DNA of 26,276 nucleotides, from positions 1 through 26,276 of IMG/VR virus record IMGVR_UViG_3300046779_000442; one strand, 5' to 3'. Made by a program: the position numbers and the translations under genes. The notes beneath the pieces were generated by a model. That model worked only from the letters and a program-made list of their open reading frames with translations, was not told the origin of the DNA and ran no database searches. Origin of the DNA: a virus. Taxonomy: Duplodnaviria; Caudoviricetes. Below are positions 17,799-25,667 of this stretch, piece by piece (within the stretch, counting starts at the first letter, position 1; each line of letters starts with the position of its first letter).

Positions 17799-18154
17799 TA
17801 GTCAGTCACGTCCTCTATGATAGTCATCTTGCCTTGAGCAACTGTCCACACATAGTCTGGATTAGATAGCTGAATATCAAAAAGATCATCTGTTTCTAGT
17901 TGCTCCGACTCTTCTGCCGTTAGAGATACTGTGAACTCTCCGTTTCCATCTGATCCCAACTGCTCTGGGGAAAGGGATACGATAAGTGTGTTGTTGCGCT
18001 TGATGTCTGCCTTGATGGTCCAGTCTCCAACTATAATTGGCTGCTTGTTGTCATCTGTGACAAGTACTCTAAAAGATGCTGTGTCTCCACGAACAACGGT
18101 CCATACTAGCTGTGGTGGAATACTTCCAATTGATTGAGGTTTAAGTCTTGCCAT
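17798..18154 (-). CDS. Small beta-sandwich adaptor protein (BppU-N-like), paralog 1
   Basis: VVRGDTASFRV...FDIQLS...VWTVAQGKMTIIEDVT; TGATATAAT 6 nt before the ATG. Confidence 0.65.
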   Translation of the reverse strand: MARLKPQSIGSIPPQLVWTVVRGDTASFRVLVTDDNKQPIIVGDWTIKADIKRNNTLIVSLSPEQLGSDGNGEFTVSLTAEESEQLETDDLFDIQLSNPDYVWTVAQGKMTIIEDVTD

Positions 18155-18172
18155 AAGTATATTATATCACTA

Positions 18173-18682
18173 TTAAGCTAATCCAGCTTTTAGTGCCCCC
18201 CACGTTCCATTACCCTTGGCATCAATGATTATTGATCCATGCTCGGCTGCGTGAGCTACAACCCCAACTGCAGCTCCTGACGCTGGCTGGGTAGTTGTAA
18301 GACCTCCAGAGGAGCCAACAAAAAGAATATCTCCAGCGGTAAAACTAGACGTATTAATATCTTCGACTACACCAGAAACGACTACAACCCCAGTAGCATT
18401 GTTGGCAATTTCCTGCTTGGCTAGACCAAGAATTGGATTGGTTGTAGAAGATGTAGCCTTGGCAACTGTTGTATTATTTGACTGATATCCAGTTATGTAA
18501 ACTGGGTCACCTGCTGATATTGCAGTTCCACTAACGTTTCTAGCCACAATTTGTGAATAAGATGCAGCTGGCAAAACTGCCTCTAGCCTGTCAACCAGCT
18601 GCTTGATGTCTGTATGTACTCTTACCTGGTCACTTGCTAGTGGGAAGGGTAGGTCATATGATGTGGATTCTCCTGTTGCCAT
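18173..18682 (-). CDS. Virion structural protein (capsid-cement/DUF2190-like beta fold suspected)
   Basis: N-terminus YDLPFPLASDQVRVHTDIKQLVDRLE; segment AISAGDPVYI...ILGLA...GVVVVSG...FTAGDILFVG...GGLTTTQP; TGGTATAAT 7 nt before the ATG. Confidence 0.6.
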   Translation of the reverse strand: MATGESTSYDLPFPLASDQVRVHTDIKQLVDRLEAVLPAASYSQIVARNVSGTAISAGDPVYITGYQSNNTTVAKATSSTTNPILGLAKQEIANNATGVVVVSGVVEDINTSSFTAGDILFVGSSGGLTTTQPASGAAVGVVAHAAEHGSIIIDAKGNGTWGALKAGLA

Positions 18683-18697
18683 ACCTAAAATTATACC

Positions 18698-18726
18698 ATG
18701 ACAATTAGGTCAAACGATGCTATAAT
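18698..18726 (+). promoter_or_regulatory. Sigma70/SigA-type promoter for the NlpC/P60 unit, back to back with the minus-strand -10 box at 18690-18698
   Basis: ATGACA (18698-18703), 17-nt spacer, TATAAT (18721-18726), with the extended TG at 18718-18719. Confidence 0.8.
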
Positions 18727-18771
18727 TGATAGAACACTCTCTCAAGGAGTGTTTTTCCGTTAAGGAGGAAT

Positions 18772-18843
18772 ATGATGAAACAGAGTAACAACAAAGTGAC
18801 AATCGTGACAATCCAAGACAGTTTATTTTTGCTATCGCTGTAA
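18772..18843 (+). CDS. Candidate 23-aa leader peptide MMKQSNNKVTIVTIQDSLFLLSL
   Basis: AAGGAGG (18762-18768) precedes ATGATG; TAA at 18841-18843. Below the ORF-track size cutoff. Confidence 0.5.
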   Translation: MMKQSNNKVTIVTIQDSLFLLSL

Positions 18844-18905
18844 AAATAATGTCGCCAGAAGCCTGTGACAGAGGCTAGTAACTACATGAAAAATAAGGAG
18901 GTAGC

Positions 18906-19475
18906 ATGTTTAAAAAATTTGCTGCAATCGGTCTTTCGACCATTTTTATTACTGGCTGTGTTTCGCCAGCTGAGTCTGAGACTCTGAAAGTAAGCACTGC
19001 AAGTGTCCTAAAGTCTGAAAAGGCTACCCCACTGCTAGTTCACATTGCTCAAACTCAAGAAATATCAATGCACAGCATTAAGATTAATGCAAACAAAGAC
19101 AGGGTAAGTTCTGCAATTGATTCCCTTGAGAAACACGTTGGTAGGACGTGGTATGTATTTTCTGGATCTACCCCATCTGGATGGGACTGCTCTGGTTTAA
19201 CTATGTGGTTCTATGCTCAACTTGGTTTTAATTTGGAGCATAGGGCATCCAAGCAAGAAAGTGCTGGAACACGTGTACTAGATGCAATGCCTGGTGACTT
19301 GGTAGTCTTTAAGTATAAAGGATACAAGTCTGCATACCATGTTGGAATTTACATTGGAAATGGAAAAATGATTCATGCTCCAAGAAGTGGTGAAGTAACC
19401 AGGGTAGAAAGCGTAAAGCAATTTGCTGGAGACTATTCAAACATTTTTTACTTTAGAATGCTTGAGCTGTCTTAA
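18906..19475 (+). CDS. NlpC/P60 (C40) peptidoglycan endopeptidase with a signal peptide and possible lipobox
   Basis: GWDCSGL catalytic Cys, PGDLVVF and YHVGIYIGNGKMIHA; N-terminus MFKKFAAIGLSTIFITGC; AAGGAGGT RBS. Confidence 0.93.
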   Translation: MFKKFAAIGLSTIFITGCVSPAESETLKVSTASVLKSEKATPLLVHIAQTQEISMHSIKINANKDRVSSAIDSLEKHVGRTWYVFSGSTPSGWDCSGLTMWFYAQLGFNLEHRASKQESAGTRVLDAMPGDLVVFKYKGYKSAYHVGIYIGNGKMIHAPRSGEVTRVESVKQFAGDYSNIFYFRMLELS

Positions 19476-20057
19476 TTACTTTATCCATCCAACTATTGCA
19501 TATCTAGTACCAGACCTAACTGGTATAACTGAGTGATTATACGTATAGGCTGAAGGAAACACCAAAAGGTCGTTAGCCTTTGGCTTATACGTTATATCAA
19601 ATCTAGAAAAGTTAATTTCCCCACCATGATAATCATCATTCATGTAATACACAAAAGAAATTCTTCTAGGATAGTTTGGATGATCGTCTATATGGTTAAT
19701 AAACTTTTGACCTTCCCCATACTTCAAAATATTAAATGGCTCGAAGTCTGAATAGAATATGCTGTAATTAGCCATGTAATCCTCTATGGAGGGTTTTACG
19801 ATGGTGTTGATGATATTTATCATGTTTTGATAGAAAACGTCTCTAGGGGTCTCTGAGAGCACGTCTGGGAGCTTTGATGGTATCACTATCGTGTCAGTAT
19901 CTCTGGCTGACTTATTTGTACCGCCAGACACTGATGCCTCAGACCAGGAAATTGCTTCGTATTCAACTGCCTCTTCGATCATTGATGGAAGATTCTTGTA
20001 ATCGCCATAAACTTGAGAATAGACTACAATGCCTGGCGCAATCTCGTTACCTATCAC
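19476..20057 (-). CDS. 2OG-Fe(II) oxygenase, prolyl-4-hydroxylase-like (Arg type)
   Basis: KYGEGQKFINHID...YYMNDDYHGGEINF...KPKANDLLVFPSAYTYNHSVIPVRSGTRY. GTG 20057, just after the upstream stop, is preferred over the track start at 20093. Confidence 0.9.
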   Translation of the reverse strand: MIGNEIAPGIVVYSQVYGDYKNLPSMIEEAVEYEAISWSEASVSGGTNKSARDTDTIVIPSKLPDVLSETPRDVFYQNMINIINTIVKPSIEDYMANYSIFYSDFEPFNILKYGEGQKFINHIDDHPNYPRRISFVYYMNDDYHGGEINFSRFDITYKPKANDLLVFPSAYTYNHSVIPVRSGTRYAIVGWIK

Positions 20058-20058
20058 G

Positions 20059-20301
20059 CTACCACTTTCCGAGTGGGCATTCTGCCTTTTCAAGTTGTGT
20101 CTTTAAAGCCATAAAGCATCCACACTTTTTACACTGATGCGTAAGCTTTACTAGCTCTGGGCACGACTTGCAAATATCCATTCGTTTTGTGGATATTTCT
20201 AATGACACTTTCTTTTCTGCTGGGTTGATCATATCCCATGGTCTAGTGTCGCCAAGGTTTTTTTTCCACTCTTGCCAAGGGTTGAGCTTTTCTTCAGACA
20301 T
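20059..20301 (-). CDS. Small Cys-rich protein (DUF6171-like)
   Basis: RMDICKSCPEL...QCKKCGCFMALKT...ECPLGKW (6 Cys). Confidence 0.75.
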   Translation of the reverse strand: MSEEKLNPWQEWKKNLGDTRPWDMINPAEKKVSLEISTKRMDICKSCPELVKLTHQCKKCGCFMALKTQLEKAECPLGKW

Positions 20302-20304
20302 CCA

Positions 20305-20511
20305 TTACTCCGATGGTGCTATAAACTCAGTGCCATCAAAAGTCCATCCGAACTTGACACCATCAGTATCGCTTGCATCGACAACTGTTGCACCTGACGA
20401 AAATCCTGCAACTAGTCTTTCATAGTTTGGCGCACTGCTTGGAATATAGAGTGTCCCAAAAACATCTCCGTCTACAACGAATGCATAAGTTTTATCTAAA
20501 TTTTCTGACAT
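20305..20511 (-). CDS. Small fibre-associated hypothetical protein (68 aa)
   Basis: YAFVVDGDV...VKFGWTFDGTEFIAP resembles small genes that follow phage fibre genes; TGGTATAAT 6 nt before the ATG. Confidence 0.7.
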   Translation of the reverse strand: MSENLDKTYAFVVDGDVFGTLYIPSSAPNYERLVAGFSSGATVVDASDTDGVKFGWTFDGTEFIAPSE

Positions 20512-20531
20512 GAGTTAATTATACCACATGA

Positions 20532-21269
20532 CTAACATACCCAACCAGATCCAGTACAGAAGCACTCTCCTGGATATGGCTCAGGCTGACCCAAGCAAGT
20601 ATTTACTGGAGTAAACGTAGGTGGAGTAAATGTAGGTGGAGTAAATGTAGGTGGCACAGGCGTGAATGACGGTGGTGCTGGAGGACATGTGTAAATTCCA
20701 CTTGATGGTGCTGGGTATCCAGTTGTAGAACACGCAACACCAGCAATGCCATTAGTGCAATACGACTCATTAGATGTTGCTGGGTAGATAAAGGTGTCTC
20801 CAGTATTTTCTAGGTACCTGCAGTACCAGGTTGTTGCACATGCTGGTGGAATAGATGGATTTGGAACCCCAGGAGTGGTTTGACAAACAGTTCTATAGTC
20901 GTCACAAACTACTCCACTAACATCTGTTGAGCTAGTAAATTCTGATGAAACAACGCCATTTTCATCGGTTGTCTTACAGTAGTAAGTCGTTGGGAAATTA
21001 GGTGGAAAGTTTGGCGGTGTTGGAACCCAGTAATATACAGTAATATCTACTGTTGTACCTGGATCAACTACGGTACCTGCTGCAATGCTTTGTGTTGCAA
21101 CAGTGTTATTGTTTTCAACAGTTGCTCCAGAAGTTGTTGTGTTTACAGACCCTACCGTGAGTCCTGCTGCTGTAATTGCTGATTGTGCCTGTGAGCTGCC
21201 AAGACCAGTAAGCAGTGGAACTACTGCACTACCCCTTGTCGCTGCGTAAAACCCAAGTACACCCAGCAT
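20532..21269 (-). CDS. PASTA-domain protein with two Cys-rich repeats, Pro-rich repeats and a Cys-rich C-terminus
   Basis: VVPLLTGLGSSQAQSAITAAGLTVG...TVATQSIAAGTVVDPGTTVDITVY fits the PASTA pattern; PPNFPPNFP; TTYYC.../TTWYC... repeats; PPTFT x3; C-terminus GECFCTGSGWVC. Confidence 0.8.
   Translation of the reverse strand: MLGVLGFYAATRGSAVVPLLTGLGSSQAQSAITAAGLTVGSVNTTTSGATVENNNTVATQSIAAGTVVDPGTTVDITVYYWVPTPPNFPPNFPTTYYCKTTDENGVVSSEFTSSTDVSGVVCDDYRTVCQTTPGVPNPSIPPACATTWYCRYLENTGDTFIYPATSNESYCTNGIAGVACSTTGYPAPSSGIYTCPPAPPSFTPVPPTFTPPTFTPPTFTPVNTCLGQPEPYPGECFCTGSGWVC
20608..20652 (-). repeat. 3 x 15-nt coding tandem repeat (PPTFT)
   Basis: GGAGTAAA(C/T)GTAGGT at 20608, 20623 and 20638 (plus-strand reading). 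Confidence 0.95.
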
Positions 21270-21272
21270 CGC

Positions 21273-21923
21273 TTATGCCTTTAGGTCACCTATGAGAAGC
21301 CACTCGTTGTTTGCAATCTTTGTCAGCATAACACCGCTGTAAGTTGCTCCAATTTTAAGCTGATTGTTTTTTGAACGAATTGTGACGTTTGTTCCTGCAA
21401 CAAAAGTGACATCACCAGTGTTTGCTCTCACAATTTCAATTCTGGCTCCGATTGGAAGCTCGTTAGCATCATTTGAGTCTTGAACAACCGTAATAGAAAT
21501 ATTTGATACAGTGTTCACCACTACAAGCTTATCAATGTCAGCCTTTGAGAGTGTAAAGCTTGATGTTGATGCCGAAATTGTTGGGGTGTTGATACTCTTC
21601 CATCCACCAGCAACATATGCCTGAAGCTGGTTTAGTGGTTCGTTAAGAGATGTTTGTCTAACAAAGCAAACAGTTCCCTCAGCTGGTGATGGGATTGCTG
21701 CGTCTCTGTCTGTAGTAGTCTGAAAATTGTTAAATCCATCTTGAAAGACTACAGTGTTTTCAAATGTTGCTGCTGTTACAAACTTTGTGCCAGCTGTTCC
21801 ACGGAACTCGTGATCTCCAGTCCAGTTGTAATCTGCATCTGTACTTGCAATACCAGCAATTGGGTGCCAGGTACCGCCATTGTAAATATAGCCAACCTTG
21901 CTTGTATTAGAAATTGTTGCCAT
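21273..21923 (-). CDS. Short fibre/adaptor protein with a C-terminal 'GDLxA' domain
   Basis: FQTTTDRDAAIPSPAEGTVCFV; C-terminus TLSKADIDKLVVV...LPIGARIEI...GDVTFVAG...LTKIANNEWLLIGDLKA is paralogous to the end of 13426-15216. Confidence 0.8.
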   Translation of the reverse strand: MATISNTSKVGYIYNGGTWHPIAGIASTDADYNWTGDHEFRGTAGTKFVTAATFENTVVFQDGFNNFQTTTDRDAAIPSPAEGTVCFVRQTSLNEPLNQLQAYVAGGWKSINTPTISASTSSFTLSKADIDKLVVVNTVSNISITVVQDSNDANELPIGARIEIVRANTGDVTFVAGTNVTIRSKNNQLKIGATYSGVMLTKIANNEWLLIGDLKA

Positions 21924-22369
21924 TATGCGCCAATCTCCTTCCAGGTAGAAGATGTTCCATCATATACGTACATCTTTAGCGGAGAAGAATCTTTGTCTAC
22001 CCACAAAAGTCCGTTAACCAAACCAGTTGTTGGTGCAGAGTTTTGATATGCTGCTACTGTACCAGTAATTGGAGCTAGTGTTGCATTTTCGTCAACCCAG
22101 ATAAGACCATTTACTGGATTTTGCGGTTCTGTATCATCGAAAACTGATCCGATTCCTGCTGCCTCAACGGCATCAATTCTTACATCTAGTGCCTTAATGT
22201 GACCTGCAACAGAGTTTGCAAGAATTTTCCCACCGCTAGTACCAATTTCATCTACTGTTGGTACAGTTGTGCTTCCATAGTGATATAGCTTTAGGGCAGC
22301 CTGAATGTCAGCTGCTTCCGTATAATCAGGAATCTGAGTTGAGTAGATGTTTCCAATAGAACTAGACAA
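21923..22369 (-). CDS. Minor tail/fibre-associated protein (TTG start)
   Basis: TQIPDYTEAADIQAAL; two (P/L)VNGL(I/L)WVD repeats; MYVYDGTSSTWKEI; GGTGA RBS-like motif and TGGTATAAT upstream. Confidence 0.7.
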   Translation of the reverse strand: MSSSIGNIYSTQIPDYTEAADIQAALKLYHYGSTTVPTVDEIGTSGGKILANSVAGHIKALDVRIDAVEAAGIGSVFDDTEPQNPVNGLIWVDENATLAPITGTVAAYQNSAPTTGLVNGLLWVDKDSSPLKMYVYDGTSSTWKEIGA

Positions 22370-22387
22370 TTAATATCACCAATGAAA

Positions 22388-22969
22388 TTATACCACAGTA
22401 ATAGAAAGATGACAGATAGTTTCTCCAGTCATTGAAGACCAGGTAGATCCTGACAAAGATGATGCATAAATTGTTAGCGGTAGGGAGAGAACGTTATTTG
22501 ATTTTGAAACAGTTCCTATTGACACAGAGGCAGCTACAGGCTTTCCAACATTTACAAGCTCGATCTGAATATTAAAGTCTGCCGAAGTTGGTGTGGTTGG
22601 AAGTCCTGGCAAATATACGCTTGCATCTGCAACTGAAATTGTTGTAGTTGCTACCCCATTAGTAAAAGTAATCGCTTTGTTTTGAGCAAACATATTTGGG
22701 ATTAGCTTTAGGATTGGCTCCCAAGTATTTGATGTTGGTCCTGCAACAAACTGATACATGTAAAGATATTCTGAGTCTGATGCGTTGGCGTTGATAAACA
22801 TGTCACCAATTAATGGCTCTGTCAAAAATTCGTAGTCATTTGGATTTTGATCTCCCACTACAAATGTACTACCCCTATTGCCTTGAGGACCAAAGTCAAC
22901 AGCCAAATCAATTTTTGCTGGACCACCAATAACTGTTAGGTCATCATTGGATAGGATAACTTCTGTCAT
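22388..22969 (-). CDS. Virion structural protein (193 aa)
   Basis: VDFGPQGNRGS (short Gly-X-Y stretch) and PLIGDMFIN; TAATG coupling to the upstream gene. Confidence 0.7.
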   Translation of the reverse strand: MTEVILSNDDLTVIGGPAKIDLAVDFGPQGNRGSTFVVGDQNPNDYEFLTEPLIGDMFINANASDSEYLYMYQFVAGPTSNTWEPILKLIPNMFAQNKAITFTNGVATTTISVADASVYLPGLPTTPTSADFNIQIELVNVGKPVAASVSIGTVSKSNNVLSLPLTIYASSLSGSTWSSMTGETICHLSITVV

Positions 22970-23313
22970 TATACCGCTCCGACAACGTCTGCAGTTACTT
23001 CAATGTTTCCAGTAAGCAAAGTATAAACTGTGCCATCGCTAGCTCTTGTTACCTGAACGTCATAGACGTAGGTTGTGCCTGCTGATAGCTGTCTACCCAC
23101 AGCAGCAGGGATTTTGCAAAGAACTGCACCGTTTGAAATAGAAGCAGTGCACTCATATTGTGTGGCACCAGAACCTCTGGCGGTAGCAATCTTAAAAGCT
23201 ACAGCAAATCCTGTTAGGGAAAAGGCAGAGCCGTCTGAATTTTTAGGGTAGATATTAAACTCATAGGTATCACCCTCGTAGTAGCTGATATTGTAAGTTG
23301 CTGGAAATGCCAT
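22969..23313 (-). CDS. Small beta-sandwich adaptor protein (BppU-N-like), paralog 2
   Basis: Start reassigned to ATG 23313, 6 nt after GTGTATAAT; YYEGDTYEFNI...YVYDVQV...VYTLLTGNIEVTADV. Confidence 0.7.
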   Translation of the reverse strand: MAFPATYNISYYEGDTYEFNIYPKNSDGSAFSLTGFAVAFKIATARGSGATQYECTASISNGAVLCKIPAAVGRQLSAGTTYVYDVQVTRASDGTVYTLLTGNIEVTADVVGAV

Positions 23314-23351
23314 AAGATTATTATACACTAATAAACTAAGATATATTTGCT

Positions 23352-25667
23352 TTATTCAGCGGTAATGTACGTACCATTGATGTAAATCTTGCTATCAGTT
23401 GTTAGCGTTGCTGGAGTGCCCTGCTTAAACATTGCTTCCATGAGTGCAGAGTTTGCACCACCAGCTTGCTTCAAATAATGCAAGTCAAGTGCTGTGGTGT
23501 TGGCTAGATGATCTGCCTGCAATACAACATGCCCACCAAGATCTGGGTTTACTGCTGGGTCTACGTTTACCCATGCCTGGAAGTGATTCATTGCTCCAGG
23601 AAGTGGTTCAAAAGGTAGTGCCGTAATGTACTGACCAGTACCGAAGTTTGTCACGGTTGACAAGTCAATCTCAATCCAGAAACTTGCCATACGACCATTC
23701 TTAACATAGTAAGAGTTAAATGTAGGGTATGTGGCACCTGATCCAGTAAACACTAGTCCAGTTGCTTGAAAGTTTGGAGAGAATCTTACTGCCTGTCCGT
23801 TAGCACCTGCACCAAGATCTCCAATAGTAGCAATCTGGTTGTTTGGGTCGTTTGGACTGTTTAGGTATTCGCCAGAAGTGCCATCAAGAACAATTCTTCC
23901 GCCTTCTGAAGCGGTAACAAAAAGGTCTCCACCATCGTTTCTTTCGATGTCGTATACAAGTATTCCACCTTCATTTGGTCCACTTATATATCCGCCTTCA
24001 TCAAATCTCCAAGACCACTCTCCCATGTCTCTCTTAAATGTGTAGTATTCATTGTAATTAAACGTAAAGCTTGGAGTGGTTTCGTAGGAGGTAAGCCCGA
24101 ACTCTTCATTTCTGACTACGCTGCTAATAACATATTTAGCACCGTCAACAACCATGAAATCGCCAAGGTCTGGTTCAGCCAACTCGGTGTCTACTACAAA
24201 GACAACTCCGCCAGCAGGGTCAATGTTTTGATATGTCCAGCTGAGGTCTTCTTTCTTTGCTTGAATTTCTACGTTACCGCTTGAATCAGCAACCTTTACA
24301 TGTACCCTTTCACCACCAAGAATAAGTTCTGCATTAGAGTAATCCTGAGCACCACCAGCACGAATATGAATGTGGTTTGGCTGAGTAGGATCTACAATTA
24401 TGTATTGGTCTTGATCATAGCGACCAAAGTCTGGAATGATGTGGAAGGTATCGTATCCGTTACCATCTCCAGAAGAGTTAGCAGGATTTCTGAGTCTTCC
24501 ACGAGCAGGGAACTCAAGTGTACCGTTTGACTCCATTCTCCACTCATAGTCATTGCTGTTTGCTGACGCTACAAAGTTAATGTATCCTGCTGATCGGATA
24601 GAGGTATCGTCTCCAGACTCAAGAGTAAGGTCGTCACTAGAAGAAATCCTAATATCCCTATTTCCAGTTGTGCTTATGTTTATGTCTAGACCTCTACCGA
24701 CAATATTTATCTCATTTTCATCATTGTCGATTTCAATCTTAGATTCAAAGGCATAGTTAAAGCCAAACTCGGTAACATTAGCATTTTCAATATTTTCTGC
24801 ATTTGGTCCACCAACGTAGATTGTAATGTTGTTACCGTTAGTAGAGGCACCGTTCCATGCTCCAATAGTTGCACCATTAACAAAGATACCGACATTTGAT
24901 GCGTTGGTGAGGGTATTGTTAACAAGATCTACAATGTTTGGAGCATTTGTAAATGAAACTTCGGCATAGCCTTCTCCAAGTGTTGTCCAGGTAGCTGAAT
25001 CCCACTCACCTTCAGCATAGTACCTTGGTGTTGACTGACCCCCAGTTGCTGATAGCTTTGCAATACCGTCGTATGGGTTCATAATAAGCTGAACGGAGTC
25101 GTCTCCAGCATCAGTAGCTTTAAAATATACTGTTTCGTTATCAACGCTCAGGGTATTGTTATCAAACACAAAGTTGCCGTGTGCGTCTGCCCCTCCTGTA
25201 TACGCAGTTGTCTGAGTTGTTCCATCTGGAAATGTAAGACCACCGTCTTCCTGGAACTCCCAAGTCTCACCAGCTTCCCCCCTATAGCCACCTGCAGTGA
25301 TGTAAACAGAAGCATCTAAAGCAGTTATGTCAATGTTGTCATTTTCTGCTGTTAGCTCAATCTGGTCATATGCGTTAATCCAAATATCGTCTGCTGAGTT
25401 AAGCTCAATGTCTGCATCCTGACCATCATCACGAGTAGTGCGAATAAGCATGTCGTGGTTAGATACTGTCATTCGACTTTCAGTGTTGTCGTCACTTACA
25501 GTGTCAAACACAAAGTCGGCAATATCAGCATTACTTCCGAGTGAGTCTAGCCACTCTTGTTCGGTACCCTCAAATCCATTTTCTACTGCAATATCGTAGG
25601 CAGATGCGCCTTGAGCACCATTTGGTCCTGGTACACCTGGAAACGGTACAATCTTAATAACTGACAT
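23352..25667 (-). CDS. Large acidic tail-fibre/spike-like protein (771 aa)
   Basis: N-terminus GVPGPNGAQGASAYDIAVENGFEGTEQEWLDSL is a common phage fibre motif; recurrent W-x-(F/M)-x-x-x-G-x-(L/I) units; GGAGG RBS. Confidence 0.75.
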   Translation of the reverse strand: MSVIKIVPFPGVPGPNGAQGASAYDIAVENGFEGTEQEWLDSLGSNADIADFVFDTVSDDNTESRMTVSNHDMLIRTTRDDGQDADIELNSADDIWINAYDQIELTAENDNIDITALDASVYITAGGYRGEAGETWEFQEDGGLTFPDGTTQTTAYTGGADAHGNFVFDNNTLSVDNETVYFKATDAGDDSVQLIMNPYDGIAKLSATGGQSTPRYYAEGEWDSATWTTLGEGYAEVSFTNAPNIVDLVNNTLTNASNVGIFVNGATIGAWNGASTNGNNITIYVGGPNAENIENANVTEFGFNYAFESKIEIDNDENEINIVGRGLDINISTTGNRDIRISSSDDLTLESGDDTSIRSAGYINFVASANSNDYEWRMESNGTLEFPARGRLRNPANSSGDGNGYDTFHIIPDFGRYDQDQYIIVDPTQPNHIHIRAGGAQDYSNAELILGGERVHVKVADSSGNVEIQAKKEDLSWTYQNIDPAGGVVFVVDTELAEPDLGDFMVVDGAKYVISSVVRNEEFGLTSYETTPSFTFNYNEYYTFKRDMGEWSWRFDEGGYISGPNEGGILVYDIERNDGGDLFVTASEGGRIVLDGTSGEYLNSPNDPNNQIATIGDLGAGANGQAVRFSPNFQATGLVFTGSGATYPTFNSYYVKNGRMASFWIEIDLSTVTNFGTGQYITALPFEPLPGAMNHFQAWVNVDPAVNPDLGGHVVLQADHLANTTALDLHYLKQAGGANSALMEAMFKQGTPATLTTDSKIYINGTYITAE

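Noticed and set aside
18731-18756. Intrinsic terminator
   Set aside because: The hairpin begins at the predicted transcription start and most of its Ts are part of the stem, so it is better treated as a 5' leader structure (kept within the leader finding).
22964-22975. TATAAT promoter at the 22969 junction
   Set aside because: The hexamer is formed by the GTA-TAA-TG stop/start overlap, leaving no spacer to the ATG; translational coupling explains it.
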